A stretch of DNA of 63,372 nt, counting the filler, from Octopus bimaculoides (taxonomy: Eukaryota): the NCBI RefSeq assembly GCF_001194135.2. It is 10 parts of 9 records of this genome, joined end to end, with 100 filler letters (N's around TTAATTAATTAA, not from the genome) between each part and the next. Parts side by side here need not be neighbours in the genome. Positions count along the whole stretch, not along the records: positions 3,538 to 13,299 come from NC_068997.1; positions 13,400 to 18,246 come from NW_026421248.1; positions 18,347 to 21,113 come from NC_068991.1; positions 21,214 to 25,656 come from NW_026347442.1; 6 more parts are not named here. One strand, given 5' to 3'. Made by a program: the position numbers and the translations under genes. The stretch's first letter is position 1. Each line of letters starts with the position of its first letter. Below the pieces are notes generated by a model. That model was not told where the DNA came from. It did not search any database and worked only from the letters and a program-made list of their open reading frames with translations. This document shows, in pieces, positions 12,718 to 24,864 of this stretch.

Positions 12718-13130
12718 GTGATGGCCATGATAGGAAATCCTTTGATTATAGCTGTGTTGAATCAGGTCTGCCCGAGGAGTAAACAACAGCAGAAACAGGA
12801 AGGACACATCAGTTAATGTAGTCCTAGATACACCATGCTGGAACAAGAAATGGAATGGTCATAACTGGGACATCTGTGATCATAGATGTGCTAGATCATG
12901 GCTGACCGAGGGCTGAACAACGATATAAAGGAATGGCACATTGGTTAATATAGTCCTAGATACATTGTGTCCATGTAAAACAAATAGTTATAACTGGTAC
13001 ATATTTTATGATAGAATGGCTGGATGAGGGCTGACCTAGGGTTAAATAACGACAGCAATAATGGAAACATAAACTGGAAGGATACATTAGTTAGTGTAGT
13101 CCTAGATGCACTATGCCAGACAGAGCTAAC
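12718..13130. repeat. Degenerate tandem trimer, ~135 bp unit
   Basis: Three units, each with a GGGCTGACC-AGGG-TAAAC-AAC-like segment and a GTTAAT-TAGTCCTAGATAC segment. Confidence 0.65.
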
Positions 13131-13221
13131 AATAAGATGGGAAATAATGCTTATTTTTCTATACTTCCACTTCATTTACAATTGAAAAGTTTTTTTTCCT
13201 TTTTTTTAATTGCAAATCCCT

Positions 13222-13285
13222 TGGGCTGACCAAAGCCTTGTGAGTGGATTTGGTAGACGGAAACTGAAAGAAACCCGTCTTATAT
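13222..13285 (+). mobile_element. SINE family C fragment
   Basis: GACCAAAGCCTTGTGAGTGGATTTGGTAGACGGAAACTGAAAGAA followed by (TA)n. Confidence 0.8.
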
Positions 13286-13526
13286 ATATATATATATATN
13301 NNNNNNNNNNNNNNNNNNNNNNNNNNNNNNNNNNNNNNNNNNNTTAATTAATTAANNNNNNNNNNNNNNNNNNNNNNNNNNNNNNNNNNNNNNNNNNNNA
13401 TGGATGGATGGATGGAAACGTAAATACTCACTCGTTTTGCTGGTGATTTCACTGTGGTAGATGTGATGGTAGTACTGTTGTTGTTGTTGTTGCTGTTGTT
13501 ATTGTTGTTGTTGTTATTGTTGTTGT

Positions 13527-13560
<34 letters not shown>

Positions 13561-13937
13561 AGGAGAGCTGGTGGTGGTGCTTATGGCAGGAGATGTGTTA
13601 ATGCCTTCCTCTAATTCCATTCTGGACACCTGACCTTTCTCAAAACCGTGTGTTACAGATCTATAAAGAATAGATAGGTAAAACATAAATAAAACATAAA
13701 TAAACAAATAAATAAATGGTTTGAGCGTCGTCGTCATCATCATCATCATCACCATTCTCGAAATATATGAATCAAATAGCTTCCATGGCCTAGCTAGAGT
13801 ATGTGCCGCCTGTGGAAGCCCTTGAGCTTACTGCCTCGCCCCATCCCGAGCCCCTGGGCCTACACGGGTTTATGCAGCAAACCCAAAAGTGACGTCCCTA
13901 TAAAAACGTCACCAGGGACCGACCGACCGACCGACCG

Positions 13938-14262
13938 TCATGCGTTGTCCTGGTCACCGTCTGATTACGCTGGAGCGTATACTACTCCGCTTCTTGTGGA
14001 AAGGACACCTCCCGATGGTTCCGATAGTCTGCTGTCAACATCCGCTGAGTGGTGGCCTGGGCATGCCGTGGTTGATGATGTGCGCAGACATGCATTGAGG
14101 CTACAACATCTCCAGTGCTTCCTTGACGGTGAACAGGTGTGGTCGCCGTTCGACAGACACGTATTTCCGGCCCGGGACCAATGGATAATTTCCAAAAATC
14201 TCTGGCCAGGCAGTGCTACCAGAGAGCTTTTCCTGTTCGAGATAAACTTTACAGGTACGAAA
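13938..14262 (+). mobile_element. Tx1/L1-clade LINE ORF2 fragment
   Basis: LERILLRFLWKGHLP..CCQHPLSGGLGMP, GEQVWSPF, PGPMDNFQKSLARQCYQRAFPVRDKLYRY; homologous to 45975-46640. Confidence 0.8.
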
Positions 14263-14798
14263 NNNNNNNNNNNNNNNNNNNNNNNNNNNNNNNNNNNNNN
14301 NNNNNNNNNNNNNNNNNNNNNNNNNNNNNNNNNNNNNNNNNNNNNNNNNNNNNNNNNNNNNNNNNNNNNNNNNNNNNNNNNNNNNNNNNNNNNNNNNNNN
14401 NNNNNNNNNNNNNNNNNNNNNNNNNNNNNNNNNNNNNNNNNNNNNNNNNNNNNNNNNNNNNNNNNNNNNNNNNNNNNNNNNNNNNNNNNNNNNNNNNNNN
14501 NNNNNNNNNNNNNNNGCATACGCCTGGAGTTGGGAAAAAAACGGAAAGGAAAAAAGGCCCCTGCACCAAAAGTCAGGGTACTCATGGTTTTTTTTATGGG
14601 GTTTTTCCATGAGCAACCCTCGAACGTCTCCTCCCAATTGAGGATCACACATCGTTGATATTTTAACATTTTGTTGGTCTTGTTTACACGCAAAACCCCC
14701 AAAACAACACACACTCACACACATACACACACACATTCTTTGTTTTCTCCTATACTGTCCATAATGTTTTTCTTAATATAAAACCTTGTAGTTAATAA

Positions 14799-14831
<33 letters not shown>

Positions 14832-14986
14832 ATATGATCATTATTATTATTATTATTATTATTGTTCAGTAGTTTTATTTTTATAACGTGCTTTCACTTC
14901 ACTACCGAGCGCAGCTCTGTGCGCCTTGGGTATGTGCTGTGGTTTGCTGTGATGCTCTTATGGTTACTGTATTGAAAGTGTTTTGT

Positions 14987-15018
<32 letters not shown>

Positions 15019-15179
15019 GTTGTTGTTGTCTACCTGTGTAACATTGCTAGTACCAGGTCAATGGACATTACCCAATGAATGGACTTGTCACTTTGTGCAG
15101 AGTTTATTCAGTGTGTTCATAAGAAGGAGAGAGAGAGAGATATATAGGGATAGAGAGAGAGAGAGAGAGAGATAGGGAT

Positions 15180-15211
<32 letters not shown>

Positions 15212-15415
15212 TGTGTGGTAACTACGGCACCAATCTATCAGATAATAGAACGTTTTAGATGTTGCTTCCTGTTACACAATACGCATAAATGGACACGCAG
15301 AAACACGTGTCCACGCAAACACAGACACGTGTATACGTGTACGAATACATGTATGTGTGTATACATGTGTGTGTGTGTGTGTGTGTATGTGTGTGTATAT
15401 GTATATACATATATA

Positions 15416-15448
<33 letters not shown>

Positions 15449-15929
15449 NNNNNNNNNNNNNNNNNNNNNNNNNNNNNNNNNNNNNNNNNNNNNNNNNNNN
15501 NNNNNNNNNNNNNNNNNNCACACACACACACACACACACACACGCTTACATGAGTAAGCACATAAACGTGAAACAAGGTGGGAAATAATAGTACTCGAAT
15601 ACCGAAGATAGAGTAATATGCTTTTTTATTAGAGCTGCAAAACTATCACAAAATCTTATCTCTCCTGTCCGACGATCGGGAAAGTGAAACTCTGGGTAAC
15701 AGTTTTTTTGTGAAGTTTTCGCAGCTTTAATTAAAAACCTGTATACACACACACATAATTAATTACCCCCCCCCCCACAAAAAAAAACGAAGAGAAAACA
15801 CAAGATAAAAACGGGAGGTCGTGGTACATGCAAAGTACTAACAGATGCTAAGGGAAGGAAAGAAAGGTAGTTTTGCGTTTCGAGACAGGAAATCCTAGAG
15901 AAAAGGAAGACGGAGAAAGAAAATTGCCA

Positions 15930-16118
15930 ACGATCCACATGCTGCCAGACATAGGGTCTTCTAGCAGCTACCCTCTTCACCCAGGGCAGCACTACCTCCT
16001 CCAGGCACTTGATGTAGGCGTCCGTGTTGAGTCTGAGGCCGAGTGGGAAGATGAACGGAGGCATAGCCTCGCCATCACTAGTAATCACTCCACACATCAT
16101 CATATTGACATGGTAGGG
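15930..16118 (-). mobile_element. maT-like transposase fragment, inverted relative to the neighbouring copy
   Basis: VNMMMCGVITSDGEAMPPFIFPLGLRLNTDAYIKCLEEVVLPWVKRV is nearly identical to the protein at 16380-16550. Confidence 0.85.
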
Positions 16119-16978
16119 TGGGTAAATTGTCGCCATTTTATATTTTTAATTTCACGCATGCGCATTGTTTGTTTCCGATTTTGTCGACTACACAGTATTG
16201 TAGGGTCAGTTGAGCAGCGTCTGTTAGAAAAATAGCACCATGACGCAATTCACTCTGCCTGAAATTTGGGAACGACAAGCTGTACTGCATGGCATTTGCG
16301 CCGGAATTTCTAATACGAACATTTCAGAGTGTTTGGGTGTCAATCTGAGGACATCTACCGAGAGTGATAAAATTCAAACATCCAATCAACATCATGGTGT
16401 TTGGAGTGATCACTAGTGATGGTGACGTTATACCTCCATTCATTTTACCACATGGCCTCAGACTAAACACAGGGGTCTACATCAAGTGCCTGGAGGAGGT
16501 GGTGCTACCCTGGGTCAAGACGGTGGCTGTGGAAAGATCCTATGTCTGGCACAGGACTCTGCACCATGCCACACAAGTAGGAGAACCCAGTCATGGCTGT
16601 CAGACAATTTCTGCGACCACATCACCCCCTAACATCTGGCCACTTAACTCCCCAGACTGCAACCCCCTTGATTATTATGTGTGGAGCGAAAGACCAACAA
16701 AACTCCTGGTAACACAAAAGACAAACTGAGGGCAAGAATTATGGCAGCATTTACCAACTTGAACAAGGAGACTGTCCAGAGGAGTTGCAGGAGATTCCAA
16801 AGTCGTCTGGAGGCCATGGTTGAAGCCAATGGCGATTTTATTGAATAAATTTACTCTTTTGTATTTGTAGATATTTTTATGTAATTTTGGTAAATATATC
16901 TGTTAAAATGAGATGTCAGTGTTACTTTCATTTTGTGTAATTTAGACGACAATATATTCACCGTACACTGTACACATA
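16119..16978 (+). mobile_element. Tc1/mariner-superfamily DD37D (maT-like) element, internally deleted
   Basis: N-terminus MTQFTLPEIWERQAVL..ISECLGVNLRT is joined to the catalytic region VFGVITSDG..D-SAPCH..WPLNSPDCNPL-D. There are 37 residues between the last two Asp after correcting a 1-nt frameshift. Confidence 0.85.
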
Positions 16979-17046
16979 CACTTACATATCTATACATATA
17001 TACATACACACATATACATTTATCTATATACATTTATCTATCTATA

Positions 17047-17262
17047 TACCCGCTAGAAATAAGAGTTAAAACTCTCATTTAGACCACCAAAATTATACTG
17101 AAAGTGACAGACACATGAATATACGGGCAAGCGAACCGGAAAAGATAACTTTTTCCTATTTTGGTATGTGAGAGATTTTTTTCGGTTCGCTTAACCGTAT
17201 ACTATTGTATCTGTTGTTTTGGTGGTCCAAATGAGAGTTTTAGCTCTTATTTCTAGCGGGTA
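17047..17262. mobile_element. Fold-back MITE, ~216 bp
   Basis: ~46 bp imperfect TIRs (TACCCGCTAGAAATAAGAGTTAAAACTCTCATTTAGACCACCAAAA and its reverse complement), an inner inverted pair AAGCGAACCG/CGGTTCGCTT, and TA termini. Confidence 0.8.
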
Positions 17263-17418
17263 AACATTATGTAATTTTAATTTTATAGCTATATAACGCT
17301 GATTTAGGCCTGCAACCACCTGTATTAATATTGTTATTATGGACTATTTGTATTGACTTCGATAATAATAACAATATTAATATCTATAATAATATTCAAT
17401 TCTGAATATCATCTTTGC

Positions 17419-17462
<44 letters not shown>

Positions 17463-17481
17463 AATACATACATATATATTT

Positions 17482-17578
17482 ATACGACGGGCTTCTTTCA
17501 GTTTCCGTCTACCAAATCCACTAACAAGTCTTTGGTCAGCCCAAGGCTATAGTAGAAGACACTTGCCCAAGGCGCCAC
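17482..17578 (-). mobile_element. SINE family C fragment
   Basis: ATACGACGGGCTTCTTTCAGTTTCCGTCTACCAAATCC..CACTTGCCCAAGG. Confidence 0.8.
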
Positions 17579-18070
17579 TGCCCCTGAAACGGCGATCTTT
17601 ACCAAAGATCGGCGGCCTTTTCCGTAATATATATATGTACTTACATATACATATATATATGTATATATGTATATATACATATATATATATATAACAAATA
17701 ATAAATGAGTATATGCATATATGCGTACAGGTATGTGCATACCTACGTATACCTGTATACATAGGTGCATATCTGGGTACAGGACATTGCAAACAAAACG
17801 TAGACAAGAAAATAATAATAACCAGAGTACAGAAAGCACACAAGCCACATAGAGAACATTTTCCTTCATCAGCAACCCCCGTTTTAACACCGGCGTTTCG
17901 AATACATATATATATAGAATATGAGGGGTTTAGTTCATTGTGATCTAAATGAATAGGTATGCTGGGTAGATGCTATAGTTGGTTGACCATTAGGTTCCAA
18001 GATCACAGCTAAAGGCTAGATCTTGGGATCCATGTTAGGGTTTTGTTATAGCATGTGTATATTATATTAG

Positions 18071-18228
18071 AGGAAAAACCAAAACGCAAGGCAGAACAAG
18101 TATCTCGAGTCATTTAGAATGGTTTAATTAGAACAATTAAATTTATTCTAAATTATTCACCCTACCCTAATTAAATTATGCTAAATAACTTGAGATACTC
18201 GTTCTGCTTTGACTTTGATTTTTTTCCT
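18071..18228. repeat. Fold-back (inverted repeat) element, probable MITE
   Basis: GCAGAACAAGTATCTCGAGTCATTTAG (18091) pairs with CTAAATAACTTGAGATACTCGTTCTGC (18181); outer arms AGGAAAAA/TTTTTCCT. Confidence 0.7.
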
Positions 18229-18346
18229 GTAATATATTATATATATNNNNNNNNNNNNNNNNNNNNNNNNNNNNNNNNNNNNNNNNNNNNTTAATTAATT
18301 AANNNNNNNNNNNNNNNNNNNNNNNNNNNNNNNNNNNNNNNNNNNN

Positions 18347-18378
<32 letters not shown>

Positions 18379-19011
18379 GTATATATATACATATATATAC
18401 ACACACGTGCACATTCATGCCCACGGTCGTTTATACACGTGTATGTATATATGTATATGTTTATGTATATTTGCATAGATGTGTGTGTGTTTCTGTGTTT
18501 AGGTGAGGAACCCCTTTAGGGACAATCTTCCCTTTCAGCAAATATGTAATTCCTTCTATTCCCTGTTAACATTCAGTTTTAGGGTGTTTAAAACATGAAA
18601 GGAACTTGACCGGAAGTGACGATAATGAAATCCGATAATTTCATGTAAACAATCTTTGGAACATAACCAATACACAGAAGGCATATCGACAGAAACAATG
18701 ATACCACTTCCCGCTGGTTCTTTGCGGTTCTATGCTGCTAAGTAGTCGAGCAGGATTATTCCATTGCTCACATATAACAGCAGTGTCTATCATGCGTCGA
18801 CATGTAAGTCACCGTAGTCCCTTCTCAGTGATGTTTGTTCGTTGTTGGGAATAGCACACTGGAACAGTCCCTGTTTCTGAAATACTTAGGATATCACTAG
18901 ATGGTATGATAAATGTAGATGCCCGAAAAATTGACAATTTTAAGGAAGTTCTGTAAATAAAATTAAGGGATTTCACCAGTTCTTTTTGTGCTCTCTTTAT
19001 GAAATTATCCT

Positions 19012-19482
19012 TTCTACTAAAGGCACAAGGCTTGAAATTTGGAAGGAGGGGATTAGTCGATGACATCGATCCCCAGTGTTTCCCCTGATACTTAATTTAT
19101 NNNNNNNNNNNNNNNNNNNNNNNNNNNNNNNNNNNNNNNNNNNNNNNNNNNNNNNNNNNNNNNNNNNNNNNNNNNNNNNNNNNNNNNNNNNNNNNNNNNN
19201 NNNNNNNNNNNNNNNNNNNNNNNNNNNNNNNNNNNNNNNNNNNNNNNNNNNNNNNNNNNNNNNNNNNNNNNNNNNNNNNNNNNNNNNNNNNNNNNNNNNN
19301 NNNNNNNNNNATTAAGTCGATTACATCGACCCCAGTGCGTAACTGATACTTAATTTATGGACCCCGAAAGGATGAAAGGCAAAGTCGACTTCGGCGGTAT
19401 TTGAACCCAGAACGTAGCGGCAGACGAAATATCGCTGAGCATTTCGCCCGCCGTGCTAACGATTCCGCTAACTCGGCGCCTT
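19012..19482 (-). mobile_element. SINE family B (segments 19012-19100 and 19311-19482 on either side of a gap)
   Basis: Family B tail, core and head sequences. Confidence 0.8.
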
Positions 19483-19727
19483 GTTCACTTATTGTACTGC
19501 ACCCTGACGAAAGGAACCAAGATATAATGTAGTCGTACATATACGATGTCCGAACGAGTAAGACGCGATGGTCACAATTGGAAGGCTGTTAATCAATGCT
19601 CTGTCCGATGAGGATTGTAACAGAGGCTTGCTTGCTCCATCTTGTTCGGATTTTCCTCTATGGATCAGTGTAACATTCGTTGTTGTTGTTATTTAGCAGT
19701 TCCACAGTTAAGGGTTCGCGCATCGGT

Positions 19728-19759
19728 TAGTAGTAGTAGTAGTAGTAGAAGTAGCAATC

Positions 19760-19808
<49 letters not shown>

Positions 19809-19813
19809 CAATC

Positions 19814-19868
<55 letters not shown>

Positions 19869-19937
19869 CAATCGTAATAGTAGTAGTAGTAGCAGTAATA
19901 GTAATAGTAGTAGTAGCAGCAGCAATCGTAATAATAA

Positions 19938-19976
<39 letters not shown>

Positions 19977-20010
19977 CAACAGCAACAGCAGCAGCAGCAG
20001 TAGTAGTAGT
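19728..20010. repeat. (AGT)n microsatellite with 54/60-bp higher-order period
   Basis: AGCAATCGT interruptions at 19753, 19807, 19867 and 19921. Confidence 0.85.
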
Positions 20011-20096
20011 TTTGAAGACGGTAGGGATATGATATGAAGGATGAGGTGCTGCTGCTATTTCTAGCATGCTGATAAAGCGCATAGAGGCTCCCTTGT

Positions 20097-20288
20097 TGTG
20101 GCAGAATCGTTAGCATGCCGGGCGAAATGTTTTGTCCGTCTTCATGTTCTGAGTTCAAATTCCGCCGGGCTTAACTTTGCTTTTCATTCTTTCGGGGTCG
20201 ATAAAATAAGTACCAGTTGACTACTGCGATCGATGTAATCGACTAGTCCCCTCCCCCAAATTTCAGGCATTGTGCCTGTAATAAAAAG
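20097..20288 (+). mobile_element. SINE family B
   Basis: GGCAGAATCGTTAGCATGCCGGGCGAAATG..GAGTTCAAATTCC..TCGATGTAATCGAC..GGCATTGTGCCT. Confidence 0.85.
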
Positions 20289-20834
20289 GTTGTTGTTGTT
20301 GTGCTTACTTTTGTTGTTTAACCCAAGGTCGGCCCTGGTCATGCTGACCTATGATCTAATACTTCCATACCATTCGCCTCTATGTTACAGACTCTGTCAT
20401 TTAACGACAGCGTTGCTCTTTATGGTTTTGTCAACCTGAACAGAAAGAAAAAAAAACAAAAAAAGAAACAAAGAAAAATGTAAAAGAAAAAAGAAAAAAC
20501 AATAGAAAAACACGAAGCGAAAGAGAAAAGTAAAAGAAATAAGGTGAACATGGGAATCCAAACAGATGGTTCGATTCTTAGATCTTTCTAAGATGGGGCG
20601 AAATTTGATTTGTAAGAAACAAATACATCAAATAATAAAATATATAAAGGATAACAGGCGGTCTTCGGTTTCAGGTTATGTATGTATGTATGTATGTATG
20701 TATGTATGTACACACATGCGCGCGCGCGCACACACACACACACATATGTATATAATAGAAACAGCAGAAACAGCTGTAAGTTAATGAATTTCATTGCATA
20801 ATTTCCTCTTCTTTGTCATTTGTACATTACATAT

Positions 20835-20878
<44 letters not shown>

Positions 20879-20968
20879 GGGAGAATATACAAATAATAAC
20901 AACAGACGAGGACAGGTGGTGTAAATAACAAAAGTATATATTAGTATGACGCTCGGGAATACGGAAAG

Positions 20969-21005
20969 TCTTTGACGTTTCGAGCTACGCTCTTCAACAG
21001 AAAGA
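20969..21005 (-). ncRNA. Minimal type I hammerhead ribozyme (A6U core variant)
   Basis: Minus strand TCTTT-CTGTTGA-A-GAGC-GTA-GCTC-GAAA-CG-TC-AAAGA: 5-bp stem I, 4-bp stem II, palindromic ACGT stem III, GUC site. Confidence 0.75.
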
Positions 21006-21213
21006 ATACGGAGACAAGGAGAAAAACACGGAGAAAAAAAATTGAATAGTGTTCAGTCAACGGTCAATCATAATAATGGCCGATCATAACAATGATTGAC
21101 CGGAAGTTAGAAANNNNNNNNNNNNNNNNNNNNNNNNNNNNNNNNNNNNNNNNNNNNTTAATTAATTAANNNNNNNNNNNNNNNNNNNNNNNNNNNNNNN
21201 NNNNNNNNNNNNN

Positions 21214-21258
<45 letters not shown>

Positions 21259-21580
21259 TAAGCTTGGTCTGTGTATTGCGCTTCATCCTTTGGTCAACTA
21301 CTTGCATACCATAAGATTACTCAATCTGATCTACTAAGACCCACACAAGAGTAACAACATTATCTACTTCATTTATTATAACTAACTATTTACCAGTTTC
21401 TGTGTCTGCTTACCAGTTGTGTACTTGCCTATCTAGTTAGCCGACATATTTCTCTCCATGGCATTTTCACACACATACGTTTTCCCTCACATTCCATTTC
21501 CAACTTTCTGTATTACAGCGAAATATCTAACTATACATTTCACCAATTAATATATTTTCTAGTACATATACATACATACA

Positions 21581-21616
<36 letters not shown>

Positions 21617-21736
21617 GACCTGACGAGTAACTATATTTTTGAGACTGTAGATCGATTTGATTATTAATCGAATTATTAATTGAATTGGTTTTATTAGTTT
21701 CCTATTTAAAAATATAGCTACGAAACGTGCGTAGTC
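21617..21736 (+). ncRNA. Type I hammerhead ribozyme with extended AT-rich stem II
   Basis: GAC-CTGACGA-GTAACTATATTTTT...AAAAATATAGCTAC-GAAA-CGTGCG-TA-GTC: intact core, 13/14 pairs in stem II, GUA site after 21733, 3-bp stem I. Confidence 0.8.
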
Positions 21737-23657
21737 ATTTTATACCATTTACTAGTTATTCTTTTTTGTACTTTACCGTTTGTAATATCCAAATATCTTA
21801 CAAATATCTTTAAAAAATGGAAAAATTATCAGAAAAGCCATTTCTATTCAATTTTTTTAAATATATAATNNNNNNNNNNNNNNNNNNNNNNNNNNNNNNN
21901 NNNNNNNNNNNNNNNNNNNNNNNNNNNNNNNNNNNNNNNNNNNNNNNNNNNNNNNNNNNNNNNNNNNNNNNNNNNNNNNNNNNNNNNNNNNNNNNNNNNN
22001 NNNNNNNNNNNNNNNNNNNNNNNNNNNNNNNNNNNNNNNNNNNNNNNNNNNNNNNNNNNNNNNNNNNNNNNNNNNNNNNNNNNNNNNNNNNNNNNNNNNN
22101 NNNNNNNNNNNNNNNNNNNNNNNNNNNNNNNNNNNNNNNNNNNNNNNNNNNNNNNNNNNNNNNNNNNNNNNNNNNNNNNNNNNNNNNNNNNNNNNNNNNN
22201 NNNNNNNNNNNNNNNNNNNNNNNNNNNNNNNNNNNNNNNNNNNNNNNNNNNNNNNNNNNNNNNNNNNNNNNNNNNNNNNNNNNNNNNNNNNNNNNNNNNN
22301 NNNNNNNNNNNNNNNNNNNNNNNNNNNNNNNNNNNNNNNNNNNNNNNNNNNNNNNNNNNNNNNNNNNNNNNNNNNNNNNNNNNNNNNNNNNNNNNNNNNN
22401 NNNNNNNNNNNNNNNNNNNNNNNNNNNNNNNNNNNNNNNNNNNNNNNNNNNNNNNNNNNNNNNNNNNNNNNNNNNNNNNNNNNNNNNNNNNNNNNNNNNN
22501 NNNNNNNNNNNNNNNNNNNNNNNNNNNNNNNNNNNNNNNNNNNNNNNNNNNNNNNNNNNNNNNNNNNNNNNNNNNNNNNNNNNNNNNNNNNNNNNNNNNN
22601 NNNNNNNNNNNNNNNNNNNNNNNNNNNNNNNNNNNNNNNNNNNNNNNNNNNNNNNNNNNNNNNNNNNNNNNNNNNNNNNNNNNNNNNNNNNNNNNNNNNN
22701 NNNNNNNNNNNNNNNNNNNNNNNNNNNNNNNNNNNNNNNNNNNNNNNNNNNNNNNNNNNNNNNNNNNNNNNNNNNNNNNNNNNNNNNNNNNNNNNNNNNN
22801 NNNNNNNNNNNNNNNNNNNNNNNNNNNNNNNNNNTATATATATGAATATATATATTTGTATATATATCTATATATATATACATATATATATGTATATATA
22901 TGTTTGTGTTTGTGTATATGTGTGCACATATACATATAGATAGATAGATTTACGAAGAAATATTAAAGCGGGTACCAGATATGTTTATTAAGTACTAAGG
23001 TCTATGCATTAGTTAGTATGGTTTTGTTTAAAAAAAAAAACATCTCGAATGAAATCGCACCTTTAAAACGGTTCAGAAAGCTCTCCAATCTTAATGAACA
23101 CTAAGTTAAGATAGCTAGAGTATGGAATATGGACACAAGAATAGTCTCAGATAATGTAGAAGCGGTAGTACTTGCAGCACAGGATGACCTCCACCACCAC
23201 CACTACCAAACTGTAAGAGTTATTTGGGAAGCTATATGTAAAAAAATGTTTTCAGATTTGGTAACCAGACAGACTATTCACATTTCCGATCACTCTGCGG
23301 AGTCATTCCTTTTACAGTGCGTCGACAAATTTATGAATTGGTTGAGACGTCACAAATTTCCACTTCCTTTCCCTTTAATCCAAGATGTATCTGTGCTAAA
23401 AATACTAAATCATAATTCAGTACAATTTAGAATAGGATAGTTAGTATTTTTAGCATATTTTAGATGAGTAATCCAAAGTCCTAGGTTTCGCATTAAAAGC
23501 CCACAAAGCCTTACCTTCAAACCAATTTCTATTCTGCTTTAAACAATTTTCCATTTCATATCTTATCTCTTGTAATCTCGGGAAAAGGCTAAGGCTTAAA
23601 AATTATTCTTTCGTTAACAATGGTGTTATTTTAAAGCAGAAGTCCTTATTAATACAT

Positions 23658-24045
23658 GTTTTTGTTAGCACTCCGTCGTTTACGACGTCGAGGGTTCCAG
23701 TCGATCCGATCAACGGAACAGCCTGCTCGTGAAATTAACGTGCAAGTGGTTGAGCATTCCACAGAAACGTGTACCCTTAACGTAGTTCTCGGGGATATTC
23801 AGCGTGACACAGTGGGACAAGGCTGATCCTTTTGAATTACAGGCACAACAGTAACAGGAAGTAAGAGTGAGAGAAAGTTGTGGTGAAAGAGTACAGCAGG
23901 GTTTTCGCCACCATCCCCTGCCGGAGCCTCGTGGAGCTTTAGGTGTTTTCGCTCAATAAACACTCACAATGCCCGGTCTGGGAATCGAAACCGCGATCCT
24001 ATGACCGCGAGTCCACTGCCCTAACCACTGGGCCATTGCACCTCC
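23658..24045 (-). mobile_element. SINE family A, complete, with 10-bp target-site duplication
   Basis: tRNA head with A and B boxes; ATTAATACAT at 23648-23657 and 24046-24055. Confidence 0.9.
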
Positions 24046-24864
24046 ATTAATACATAACAAAGCAATATGTTTCATTTTCTGAATGCATCGGGGCACAGTC
24101 GGCTTTAACACTATTACTTGTGTCGTCGATATCTGTTGCCGAGTTTGTATTTTAACAGAGGGTTAATACAACACTTGACCCTTCCTTTACATAAATAAGA
24201 CCATTTATTTTTTCATATGGAGCAAGTTGAATGAATAAAGCATACGCAGGTTCGTATAGAGTAAGAAGACGTCGTTTTTTTATTTATTTATTTATGACCC
24301 AAACAATTTAGAATAAATTGCTTTGGCCACATATAAAACTCGGTGTTTATGAGAGGGTACGAACAGCTTAACTCGCCGATGAAGGCTGTTTGTTATCAGC
24401 GTAAGCAGCAGACAGAATGTGATAACATCTGCCTCATTTATAAATCATTTGGCGACGAAGGGTTTACCCTACATAAGCGTTAAACCTGTTACGGTTAGCT
24501 ACGAAATCTTCTAGAAATTATGATCTACGGTTACATTGGATGATGAGTTCCTACGTACTCAAAGCTCAAGAGAATGACGGAATGATCATGGGTGAAACAC
24601 CCTTGATTTTAGGCGCGCTCAAGGAATGTTGACTTGTAGTTAACAACCCCGACACTAGCAATAGATCAAGTATTGTTGATGGTAACTCGGAGATGGTTAA
24701 CATTACAAATTATACATTTTCCGATATGTGTGTGTATGTGGTGTTAGTTGTGTGTGTGTGTGTGTGTGTGTGTGTGGTATGTATGTGTGTGTGTACGACT
24801 TCGCCATAATCGTAGCCACAATAGGGCTTTTTTTATGCATTGATATGCGAGTTGAAACATTATA

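Noticed and set aside
14516-14745. Possible minus-strand Tx1 3' end after the gap
   Set aside because: Only vague similarity to the 46700-46990 UTR.
19504-19560. CTGACGA..TCCGAAC hammerhead-like string
   Set aside because: No GAAA and no stem I pairing.
23129-23440. 103-aa ORF, and coding-like patches at 25330-25650 and 26020-26540
   Set aside because: No recognisable motif; length is within chance expectation for locally higher GC. Probably old TE debris.
9209-24045. tRNA genes at SINE heads
   Set aside because: A/B boxes continue into shared SINE bodies, one copy has a TSD, and I could not build a full cloverleaf.
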